IMG/VR virus record: IMGVR_UViG_3300012357_000001
Location: 1 to 64,000 of that record
Source: a virus
DNA: 64,000 bases
Reading direction: 5' to 3' (one strand)
Part shown: positions 25,274-33,188 of the stretch, one piece after another
Layout of the letters: each line of letters opens with the position of its first letter
How positions within the stretch are numbered: the stretch's first letter is position 1
Translations under genes and position numbers: made by a program
The notes under the pieces: generated by a model
What the model was told of the DNA's origin: nothing
Database searches by the model: none
The model's input: the letters and a program-made list of their open reading frames with translations, nothing else

Positions 25274-26530
25274 TTATCGCCGGACGGAGACGAGCTCCAG
25301 GGCGGGAACCGCGAGGCGCTCGACCTCGTAGGCCCGGTCCGGGTCCTCCAGCGTCTGCGCGAAGGCGGTGATCGCGTTGGCGACACCGCCAGCGGTCGGC
25401 TGGCCGGACAGGATGAAGAAGTCGAGGACCGACTTCGACTCGTCGGCGGTGAAGCCGAGTCCGGTGCAGACCTTCGGCACGACCTCGGTCGGGCTGGCGA
25501 TCGTGACGGCGGCCTTCTCCTCGAAGCCCGTGATCATGCTGGCCAGGTAGTCGACGGTCAGCCACTGCGAGACCGCGTCGGAGGTCTCCGACTTGATCAG
25601 CTGACCGGCCGCGCGGACCGTGCCCAGCGAGGGGCGGATGACGCCCTCGGACAGGACGCGGCCGAGGTGGACCTTGCGGATGCCCTTGCGGACGTCGGTC
25701 CAGCCGTTGGTGCAGCGGACCAGGCAGACCACGGGGGTCAGGTTGTAGGCGCCGGAGCCGGTCTCGGAGTTGTCGAAGTCCAGGCCCATGTAGGCCAGGG
25801 GCTCGTCGCCGTGGTTGAAGATGTGGTGGTCGCCGTACTGGCGGCGCAGCGCGGTCAGGTCGCGGTGTCCGGCGCGGCGCGGGCCGTTGTCGGTGCCGCC
25901 GCTGCCGTCGAACGGGCTGCGGTAGCCGTCCAGCAGGCCCTCGGCGCGGGCGTAGACCTCGGGGAACTCGAACCGGACGCGCATCCGGGTCTCGCTCAGG
26001 TCCGAGACGTTGACGATCGGCTGCACACCGGCGGCCTGGATGCCCTGCGTGACGGCCATCAGCATGTCGAGGTTGTCCATCGACAGGTTGAACCGGTCGG
26101 ACAGGAACGCGCGGGCCACACCGGGCTCGCCAGCGTCGCCGCGGAACAGCCGCAGCAGGAAGCTGCGGTCGTCGGCCGCGTGCAGCAGGGTGCCGTCGGC
26201 GCCCTTGTTGCCGTGCAGCCATCCGTTGACGTTGCCGTCGATCAGGTCGTTGCGGCCCGCCTCGCGCAGCTTGCGGAAGTAGGTCGTGCCGATGCCCAGC
26301 TTGTCGGCCAGACCGCGGTCGGCGATGTCCGTGAGCGAGTAGGTGCCCGCCGCGGAGGTGACGCCCTCCTCGGTGACCTCGGCGACGGTGCTGGCGACCA
26401 CGAGCTGGCCGTTGCGGCTCCAGACCGAGCGGGCCGGGGCCACGACGTCGAGCTTGTGCGCCTTCTGCGAGTTGAGGATCTCGAGCAGTTCGGCGGCGGA
26501 GGCGTTGCGGGCGGTGAGCTGTACGGTCAT
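25274..26530 (-). CDS. DUF932-like phage/plasmid protein
   Basis: ATG 26530 is M27 of the track ORF. The pattern LDFDNSETGSGAY...VVCLVRCTNGW matches my recollection of the DUF932 core. Confidence 0.65.
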   Translation of the reverse strand: MTVQLTARNASAAELLEILNSQKAHKLDVVAPARSVWSRNGQLVVASTVAEVTEEGVTSAAGTYSLTDIADRGLADKLGIGTTYFRKLREAGRNDLIDGNVNGWLHGNKGADGTLLHAADDRSFLLRLFRGDAGEPGVARAFLSDRFNLSMDNLDMLMAVTQGIQAAGVQPIVNVSDLSETRMRVRFEFPEVYARAEGLLDGYRSPFDGSGGTDNGPRRAGHRDLTALRRQYGDHHIFNHGDEPLAYMGLDFDNSETGSGAYNLTPVVCLVRCTNGWTDVRKGIRKVHLGRVLSEGVIRPSLGTVRAAGQLIKSETSDAVSQWLTVDYLASMITGFEEKAAVTIASPTEVVPKVCTGLGFTADESKSVLDFFILSGQPTAGGVANAITAFAQTLEDPDRAYEVERLAVPALELVSVRR

Positions 26531-26569
26531 CTTCCCTGATCTCCTTGATCCGGGGCCGCTGCGGCCCCA

Positions 26570-26590
26570 CTGATGACAACTATACCCGGT
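26570..26590 (-). promoter_or_regulatory. class-1 promoter-like box (ACCGGGTATAGTTGTCATCAG)
   Basis: One of three identical 21-bp copies. -10-like TATAGT. 40 nt upstream of ATG 26530, with a 7-bp-stem hairpin (26552-26568) in the leader. Confidence 0.6.
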
Positions 26591-26669
26591 CTTCGGCCGT
26601 TCACACAAGCTGGCACGCAGAAAGGGCCCTCTGCGGCGGCAGATGACCCTTCCCGCACCCCGTTAGTAC

Positions 26670-26735
26670 CCCGGCCGCGCGGTTGTAGCTCTCTCCAGTG
26701 GGGGAGTGGAGATAGCCGGTTCACGCGCGGCCGGG
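26670..26735 (-). terminator. large compound hairpin after the SSB-like gene
   Basis: 12-bp outer stem (26670-26681 pairs with 26724-26735) enclosing an inner 6-bp hairpin, 12 nt after stop 26747-26749. Confidence 0.5.
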
Positions 26736-26746
26736 TGCTTCGCAGC

Positions 26747-27790
26747 CTACTGGGCCCAGGGCGGCGGCGGCGCGCCCTGCGGTCCGGCCTGCTCGGGCTG
26801 CGCCGGAGCGCCCTGGCCGTTCCACGGCGCGTTGCCGGGGGCGGGCGCAGGCGCGGGCGCCGCGGGCTGCTGCGGCTGGGGCTGGCCCTGCTGCGGCTGC
26901 TGCGGTGCCTGCTGCTGCGGCTGGTAGGGCGCCGGGGCCGCGCCGTAGCCCGGGGCGGGCTGCTGCGGCTGCTGCATCGGGTTCCACGGCTGCGCGGCGG
27001 GCGCCTGCGGTGCCTGCTGCGGAGTCGCCCACGGCGGGACAGCCGCGTTGCCGCCGGGCTGGGCACCGTTGGGGGCTGCTGCAGGCGCTGGCGTCTGCCA
27101 CGGGTCAACGGGCGCGGGCGCTGCGGCGGGCTGCTGCGGGCCTCCGTAGCCCGGCTGGGGCTGCTGCCACGGATCCTGCTGCGGCGGCGCGTAGCTCGGC
27201 TGGCTGTAGTCCTGCTGCGGCTGCGGGGCGTAGCCCTGCTGCGGCTGCGCGTACTGAGGCTGCGCGTACTGCGGCTGCTGAAACGGCGACTGCCCGTAGC
27301 CGGGCTGCTGCCCATAGCCGGGCATCGCGGCGGGCTGCTGCGGCTGGTAGGTCGGCCAGGTCGTCGGGGCGCCGGGGCGCGGCGGGCGCACGTCGCGCAC
27401 CTTGTTGCGCTGCACGCCCTCGTACTCGTCGAGCACGATCTTCAGCAGCACCGGCTTGCCGACCATCGCCTGTGCGATCTGCTCTTCCGGAGGGTTGCTC
27501 TTGACCCAGTCGGCCGGGATCCCCATGGCCTCCAGGTGCCGGAACATGATCCCGAGCGACTGGGCCGCCGACGGGCCGTCCGTGGTGATCGTCATCGGGA
27601 ACCGGATCTGCGCGCGTCCGGCGTTGGGACCGGTCGTCACGCGGAACCGGACGTCCCACTGTCCCTTGGCGCCGTCCTTGGTCCGGCCCCACGTGCTCGA
27701 CTCGACCACGGCGTCGACCTCATTGGTGTCGTAGACGAAGATCGAGCTGTCGGCCTGGCCGTACAGCGAGTTGAAGTCGTACTGACCCAT
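26747..27790 (-). CDS. ssDNA-binding-like protein with a Pro/Gln-rich tail of about 210 aa
   Basis: Track ORF. Globular N-terminal domain of about 135 aa directly downstream of the Sak4-type ATPase (typical module order), followed by PQ/Y/G low complexity. Confidence 0.55.
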   Translation of the reverse strand: MGQYDFNSLYGQADSSIFVYDTNEVDAVVESSTWGRTKDGAKGQWDVRFRVTTGPNAGRAQIRFPMTITTDGPSAAQSLGIMFRHLEAMGIPADWVKSNPPEEQIAQAMVGKPVLLKIVLDEYEGVQRNKVRDVRPPRPGAPTTWPTYQPQQPAAMPGYGQQPGYGQSPFQQPQYAQPQYAQPQQGYAPQPQQDYSQPSYAPPQQDPWQQPQPGYGGPQQPAAAPAPVDPWQTPAPAAAPNGAQPGGNAAVPPWATPQQAPQAPAAQPWNPMQQPQQPAPGYGAAPAPYQPQQQAPQQPQQGQPQPQQPAAPAPAPAPGNAPWNGQGAPAQPEQAGPQGAPPPPWAQ

Positions 27791-27793
27791 GAT

Positions 27794-28570
27794 CTAGTTC
27801 CTTCTTCCCTGGAGAACCTGCGTGAGCATGGTTTCCGCTGTGAATCCGGGGTGAGAGGGATCCCCGATCTTCATGGTGTAGGGCAGGCGTCCTCCCAGGC
27901 GCTCGCCGGTCTCGTACTGCGGATGCGGGCCGATGAACATCAGCCGGTTGCCGTCCCGCTCGGCCCCGAGATATCCGAGCACGTCCACGTAGTACGGCAG
28001 GTAGTCCTGGGCCTGGCCCTGGACCATCGGGCGCCAGCGGCCCTCCTTCAGGTGCGTACCGGCCACGAAGGTCATCGTCCACATCGGCTTGACCGGGTGT
28101 GTGATCAGGTCGCGGTACTGGCGGACCATCGAGGACACCTGACGGAGCAGCGCGTTCCAGTGGTCCCTCTCGATCTTGCCGTTACCGGCCAGGTCGTCGA
28201 TCACCCGCTGCTGGACCTCGGTGACCGAGTCCATCGAGCAGGAGTTGAACGGGTGCTGGCCGGAGTTCAGGACCCGGTAGGTGGCGGACACCGTCCGTGC
28301 CTCGCGCACGAGCACGATCGCGGTGTCCCAGCTGCCGTCCGGCCGCGGCGGGGGCTCGCGCAGCGGATCCCAGTAGACCTTGCGGGACGGGGTCCAGTAC
28401 GAGGAGCCCTCGACGTCGAGCACGAGGCGCGGCGTCGGGCCGGAGTCGGCGAAGGTGGACTTGCCAGCCTTCGGCAGCCCGTGCACCAGGAACGAGAGTC
28501 CCTGGGCCCTCCGCGGCTGCGGCGTTGCAGGCGCGGGGGCGTGCACCTGAGCGTACTGCTGGGCTGTCAT
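27794..28570 (-). CDS. RecA-like AAA ATPase (Sak4-type recombination protein)
   Basis: Walker A motif HGLPKAGKST, Walker B-like LVLDVEG. Size and the neighbouring SSB and exonuclease genes are typical. Confidence 0.7.
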   Translation of the reverse strand: MTAQQYAQVHAPAPATPQPRRAQGLSFLVHGLPKAGKSTFADSGPTPRLVLDVEGSSYWTPSRKVYWDPLREPPPRPDGSWDTAIVLVREARTVSATYRVLNSGQHPFNSCSMDSVTEVQQRVIDDLAGNGKIERDHWNALLRQVSSMVRQYRDLITHPVKPMWTMTFVAGTHLKEGRWRPMVQGQAQDYLPYYVDVLGYLGAERDGNRLMFIGPHPQYETGERLGGRLPYTMKIGDPSHPGFTAETMLTQVLQGRRN

Positions 28571-28809
28571 CCGACGACCGCGTCCCAGATCGCGAGGCAG
28601 CCGATCCCCATGCCGAACACGAGCGCCAGGGTGAACACCGCGTGGGAGAACGTCGTGATGCTTTCGTTGATCCTCTTGTGCTTGGACTCGCGGATCGCGT
28701 CGCGCTCCGCGATCCTGTTGGCCGTTTCCATGTGACGGGCCGCCTGCTCGCCGAGGATGCCCTCAACGAGGGTGCGCGGGACGCGGGGGGTGTTCGATGA
28801 TTGCTCCAT
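28567..28809 (-). CDS. small C-terminally membrane-anchored protein
   Basis: Track ORF. TM segment AVFTLALVFGMGIGCLAIW. ATGA and TGATG coupling to neighbours. Confidence 0.45.
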   Translation of the reverse strand: MEQSSNTPRVPRTLVEGILGEQAARHMETANRIAERDAIRESKHKRINESITTFSHAVFTLALVFGMGIGCLAIWDAVVG

Positions 28810-29786
28810 CAGACCTTTGCCATCTCTTCCCTGATCGTACGGAGTGCGTCGTCCCTGTAGTACTCGTAGGGGTCCGCCTGCCGGAATCTTCCACTGCGGA
28901 CAAGACTAGCAGACCAGTCGCTGCCGTCGTCCATCATCGGGCAGATTTCTCGGAAAGTGCACCACCACTTGCAGTCGTTCGGGATCTGCGTCGGATACAT
29001 CTGCGAGCGCTGTACCTGGTCGATCACGGCCAGGTCGCCGCCGCTGCGCTGGTATGCGTCGTCGAGCAGCGCGCGTGCCGCCATGATCTGCGACGCCACC
29101 GTCTGCACCTTCAGCAGCGTCGCGTGGACCTCCTCCGGGGTGTAGAGGAACGGGTCCCGCCGGTAGTACGGCGGATTGGCGCGAGCGGTCCGCTTCACCC
29201 TGCGCAGCGTGTCGATCGTGCCCCCCGCGATCTTCGGTCCGTCGGGCGGCGACGCGAGGTGCTGCACCAGCGTGTAGAACCTCATCTGCGGATTCATCCG
29301 CAGCTGCTCGGCGACCTCGAAGTTGGACCCGGTCTTGTAGTCGCGGAACAGCAGCGCGCCGTCGGAGATCCGCTCGGACACCTGGTCCATCCTGGCCCGC
29401 AGCTGCACACCGGGAACGCCCGGCAGGTCGACCCGCACGTCCGTCTCGGTGGCGACGGTCCGGAAGTCGGCGTCCACGCCCTCGGTGGCCAGCCACTCCA
29501 GGTAGCCGGACACCATCGCGTCGGCCATGTCCGCCTCGGTGGCCAGGTCGGACGCAAACTCGGGAGTGCGGTTCGCCTCGATCTTGTATAGCAGCGCGAG
29601 CACCGCGAGCGGGTCGAGCTGGTAGCCGTAGTAGGCCTCCAGCGCGGTGTGTACCCGAGTGCCGAGCTGGCGGGCGCCGGTCGGCGCTTCGTCGGCTGGC
29701 ACGAATCCCAGGTAGTACGTCAGGTACCAGTTCCTGCGGCACCTGGTCCACGCGTAGATCTCGGACTGCGAGATCATCGTCGTCAT
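28809..29786 (-). CDS. PD-(D/E)XK exonuclease, Cas4/RecB-like with Fe-S cysteines
   Basis: DYKTG motif, one N-terminal Cys (WTRCRRNW) and a C-terminal CKWWCTFREIC cluster. Confidence 0.8.
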   Translation of the reverse strand: MTTMISQSEIYAWTRCRRNWYLTYYLGFVPADEAPTGARQLGTRVHTALEAYYGYQLDPLAVLALLYKIEANRTPEFASDLATEADMADAMVSGYLEWLATEGVDADFRTVATETDVRVDLPGVPGVQLRARMDQVSERISDGALLFRDYKTGSNFEVAEQLRMNPQMRFYTLVQHLASPPDGPKIAGGTIDTLRRVKRTARANPPYYRRDPFLYTPEEVHATLLKVQTVASQIMAARALLDDAYQRSGGDLAVIDQVQRSQMYPTQIPNDCKWWCTFREICPMMDDGSDWSASLVRSGRFRQADPYEYYRDDALRTIREEMAKV

Positions 29787-29995
29787 CTCTGCTCTCCCTT
29801 CAACACTTCGCCGTCGATTACCCGGACACGGGGACGTACGGCCACGGACATCTCGCCGCGGGCGATCTCGGCCGACAGCTCGGAGACGAACGGGATCTCG
29901 ATCACGAGTTCGCCGTCGCGGTAGGCGACCTCGACGCCGCTGTAGGGCCGCGGGAAGGTGATCTCCAGCACCGCCCCGGCCTCTGCGCTACTCAC
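29783..29995 (-). CDS. hypothetical protein
   Basis: 70-aa track ORF coupled to both neighbours by overlaps. Confidence 0.45.
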   Translation of the reverse strand: MSSAEAGAVLEITFPRPYSGVEVAYRDGELVIEIPFVSELSAEIARGEMSVAVRPRVRVIDGEVLKGEQR

Positions 29996-31865
29996 CGTCT
30001 CCGCCGATCAGCCAGCGCAGTATGTCGGCGTCGCGGATGACCTCTGCGGCCCGCTCGCCCTTCTCCTCGCCGAGCTGGAAAAGCCGCTCCTCGACCGTTT
30101 TCGGGGTGATGGAGTAGACGACGCGGATGCCGCCCTGCGCCATGCCCTCCTGCCCGATGCGGTCGATGCGGGCGATCTTCTGCTCGCGTGAGCGCCAGCT
30201 CGGATCCGGCTGCATGAAGTAGATCGTGTGCGCCGCAGTGAGCGTGATGGACTCCGCACCGGCCGCGGTGATGAAGATCACCCGGCAGTCGCCTCGTTGG
30301 AACCAGGTGACCGCCTGATCCATGGCGTCCGCGCTCATCCCTCCGACGATCTTGCAGTGCGTGATCTTCTTCACGGCGAGGGCCTTCTCCGCGAGCGCGA
30401 CCAGCTGCGGCGAGTTGGCGGCCACGACCAGCTGGCCATCCTCGTCCTCCAGGAAGTCGAGCAGGTCGGCCACCTTGGATGACGGCGCGACCATCCTGGG
30501 ATTCGCCGTGGTGAACCCGTCGGAGTCCTCCCCCTCGACGACCTCCAGCATGGACGACGCCAGCTGGCACAGGCGGGAGAACGACACCAAGTCGTTCTGC
30601 GCGACGACCAGCCGACCCTCGAGCTCGACCATGGCCTGCTTGGCGATCTTGTCGTAGGTGCGCTTCTGCGCCGGGGCCATGGCCGGGTAGCGGAACACGG
30701 GCTCGAGCCGCTGCGGCAGGAACGGCAGCGCGATGGCCCGCGGGATGCGCCGAATCAACGGCTGCACGAAGCTGTGGAAGGTGTCCGCGCTGTCCGGCCG
30801 GATGCCGAGCACGGTGGACCCGCCGTGGAAGTTGATCTCCTTGACCGCGAACAGGTCCAGGTACCGGCTGCGGGACGGCGCCGTCGCGATGTCGAGACCG
30901 TGCAGCAGCGGCCACAGCTGGCCGATGTTGTCGGCGATCGGGGTCCCCGTGGCCAGCCAGCGGTACTCCGCCTGGTGCAGCAGCCACCACAGCGCGCGGG
31001 TCTGCTTCGAGCGCGCGTCCTGCATCCGGTGCGCCTCATCGGCGATCACCGTGCGCCAGGGTCGTTCGGTCAGGTTCAGATCCTTCGGGTGCACCTCGCA
31101 GCGGGCCGCCGCGATGCCGTCGTCGATGCCGCCGCACACCTTGCACCGGATGAACCGGACGCCGGGGTACGCCTCGAGCCGGGTGTGCGCGCGCACGTTC
31201 GGCCAGCCCACGATCCACACGTCCGCGTCGGTGCGCTCGATCGCCTGGCGTCGGCGCAGCGCCGTGCCGTCCACCACGACCGTGCGCAGCTCCGGAGCCC
31301 AGTTCGCGATCTCGCGCTCCCAGTTGCGGATCGCCGCGACCGTGCACACGACCAGCGCGGGGAAGGGGCCGGAGCCCATGGGCCCGAGCGCGGCGGCGAG
31401 CTGCAGCGCCCGGATCAGCTGCGCGGTCTTGCCCTGGCCCTGCTCGTCGCCGAGGATGCCGCGTCGGCGGTCGGCCAGGTAGGCGGCCCCGCCGCGCTGG
31501 AACGGATAGAGGCGGCGCGGGCGGCCGTCCGGGAACGGGACGCTGGCCTCGTCGAGACCGTCGAGGATCACAGCGACGTCGCCGTCCTCCTGGCACGCGC
31601 GGTCGTCGAGCGCGCCGCGCAGCGACCAGGCGTGCAGCACGTCCTCGTACGCCTCCTTCGACCACGCCTGTAGCTCGGGTCCGCGGTCCAGCTGCTGGCC
31701 GGACCACAGCATGTGCATCGTGACGACCGTCGCCCAGGACAGCGGGGCGTGCCAGGTCCCGGCCTTCTTGTCGAAGTTGCATCCGGGGATCTGGGTGGCC
31801 AGGTGGTTCTCCACCGTGCTGCACCCGATTGTGATCTTGCCGTCGATGATCTCGGTCCACGCCAT
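29988..31865 (-). CDS. SNF2-family helicase
   Basis: ATG 31865 is M23 of the track ORF. Motifs LGDEQGQGKT, VIADEAHRMQ and the C-terminal helicase motif RIDRIGQ. Contains a Cys/His insert, CKVCGG...CEVH. Confidence 0.85.
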   Translation of the reverse strand: MAWTEIIDGKITIGCSTVENHLATQIPGCNFDKKAGTWHAPLSWATVVTMHMLWSGQQLDRGPELQAWSKEAYEDVLHAWSLRGALDDRACQEDGDVAVILDGLDEASVPFPDGRPRRLYPFQRGGAAYLADRRRGILGDEQGQGKTAQLIRALQLAAALGPMGSGPFPALVVCTVAAIRNWEREIANWAPELRTVVVDGTALRRRQAIERTDADVWIVGWPNVRAHTRLEAYPGVRFIRCKVCGGIDDGIAAARCEVHPKDLNLTERPWRTVIADEAHRMQDARSKQTRALWWLLHQAEYRWLATGTPIADNIGQLWPLLHGLDIATAPSRSRYLDLFAVKEINFHGGSTVLGIRPDSADTFHSFVQPLIRRIPRAIALPFLPQRLEPVFRYPAMAPAQKRTYDKIAKQAMVELEGRLVVAQNDLVSFSRLCQLASSMLEVVEGEDSDGFTTANPRMVAPSSKVADLLDFLEDEDGQLVVAANSPQLVALAEKALAVKKITHCKIVGGMSADAMDQAVTWFQRGDCRVIFITAAGAESITLTAAHTIYFMQPDPSWRSREQKIARIDRIGQEGMAQGGIRVVYSITPKTVEERLFQLGEEKGERAAEVIRDADILRWLIGGDGE

Positions 31866-31899
31866 CGTCGTGCCTCTCTTCCCTGATCTTCCGGCTGGC

Positions 31900-32364
31900 C
31901 TACAAGATGTCAGCAGTGTGGAGCGTAGCACGCCAGCTGGTCGGCAGGTTCCCGCTCCGCAGGCACCACGCGACGAGGTGCTGGGCTGCGCTCTGCGCGT
32001 CGTCCTTGCCGGACGGCCACAGGCCCAGGGAGCGCAGCATGGCCGGGCTGGCGGGCTTGCGGTCGTCGGGTGCGGCCGGAGTCAGGATGCGCACGTGGCT
32101 GGCGATGGCCAGGTACCGGGCCACGCCGATCATCTCGATCGTCTGGTGCACCGGCTCCTGCGTGAGCTTGTGCGTCTGCGGGCCGATGTGGAATCTCTCC
32201 CACCCGATCATGCCGCCGTGGTTCGAGTGCTCGCAGAACGATGCGATGAGATCCCCGGCCTGCTGCGGCGGGAACTCGTTGGCCCAGAAGAATCTGCCAT
32301 CCATCAGCGTCGCCAGGCCGGTCATCCCGCCGGGATCGATCCACATCACGGCAGGCGGCAGCAC
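31900..32364 (-). CDS. RuvC-like Holliday junction resolvase
   Basis: N-terminal WIDPGGMTG (the RuvC GIDPG-type motif) and C-terminal DDAQSAAQH. 154 aa. Confidence 0.65.
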   Translation of the reverse strand: MLPPAVMWIDPGGMTGLATLMDGRFFWANEFPPQQAGDLIASFCEHSNHGGMIGWERFHIGPQTHKLTQEPVHQTIEMIGVARYLAIASHVRILTPAAPDDRKPASPAMLRSLGLWPSGKDDAQSAAQHLVAWCLRSGNLPTSWRATLHTADIL

Positions 32365-32365
32365 G

Positions 32366-32683
32366 TCAGTTCCTCGCGTCGATGAGCAGCGGGGTCAGAG
32401 AGCCGCCGTCGAAGTCGGCGGACGGCGGGATCTTGGTCCACACTCGCCCCTTCTGGTCTAGCCAGCCGACCCGGCGCAGCGTCGCGAAGTGCTGGCACGC
32501 GGCGTCCCATGCCTGCTCCATCAGCTCCAGATCCTTGACCGCGGTCGGGTGGACACCTGTCCTCTTCTGCCGTTCTACTTCCCAATGGGTGAATGTGTAC
32601 TCGATGCTCCGTGGATCGACGACGACCTTCCACGGCTCGCCCTCGTACGCCTTCATGTCGGTCTGGGCTCCGGGGTACCTCAT
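32366..32683 (-). CDS. hypothetical protein
   Basis: ATG 32683 (M5 of the track ORF) overlaps the upstream stop (ATGA). Confidence 0.5.
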   Translation of the reverse strand: MRYPGAQTDMKAYEGEPWKVVVDPRSIEYTFTHWEVERQKRTGVHPTAVKDLELMEQAWDAACQHFATLRRVGWLDQKGRVWTKIPPSADFDGGSLTPLLIDARN

Positions 32684-32889
32684 GCCTTGTCCCACCTCTC
32701 CAGCGCGTCCATCGCGGTCAGCTCCGGCACGACCTGGTCACCGTACTGGCCCGTCGTCGCGTGCGCGATGACCCGGATGGCGCACTGGTACACGAGCCTG
32801 CGGGGCAGCTTCCAGACGAACCAGCGAAACAGCCTCTCGGCCTTCCGCTTGATCCAGTACTTGAAGTCGTAGTACTTGAACTTGATCAT
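32680..32889 (-). CDS. hypothetical basic protein
   Basis: ATG 32889 (M18 of the track ORF), ATGA overlap. Sequence begins MIKFKYYDFKYW. Confidence 0.45.
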   Translation of the reverse strand: MIKFKYYDFKYWIKRKAERLFRWFVWKLPRRLVYQCAIRVIAHATTGQYGDQVVPELTAMDALERWDKA

Positions 32890-33188
32890 GACAGCACCCC
32901 TCCGATCTTGAAGTCCCTGATGACGTGGACCAGGCGCCACTCCCCCGACTTCAGATCCATGGTGATCTTCACCGGGATGCTGAGCTTCCCGAACACGCCT
33001 GCCGGTGTGCGCGGGTTGGTGGGGTCGCGCAGGATCATGAGTCGGGTGTTCGGGTGCATCTCGATGACCAGGCCCTGCGGCACCCGCTGCGGGTCGCCCA
33101 CCCAGTAGGGGTACTGCTCGTCCAGGTAGTCGGTGATGTCCGCCTCCAGGGACTGGCGCGGGCCGAGCTTGGCGTCCTCTTTCGTCAT
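32886..33188 (-). CDS. hypothetical protein
   Basis: Last 100 codons of track ORF 32886..34907. ATGA overlap with the polymerase stop. Confidence 0.5.
   Translation of the reverse strand: MTKEDAKLGPRQSLEADITDYLDEQYPYWVGDPQRVPQGLVIEMHPNTRLMILRDPTNPRTPAGVFGKLSIPVKITMDLKSGEWRLVHVIRDFKIGGVLS

Noticed and set aside
26573-28735. Three track ORFs begin with the same peptide MTTIPG: 26573..28735 (+), 45745..46950 (-) and 50470..50814 (-). This could suggest a repeated gene family.
   Set aside because: The shared N-terminus is simply the reverse-strand translation of the identical 21-bp promoter-like box (CTGATGACAACTATACCCGGT). All three ORFs run antisense or out of frame to well-supported genes. 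Their compositions are the Arg/Pro/Gly-rich type typical of wrong-frame GC-rich ORFs.
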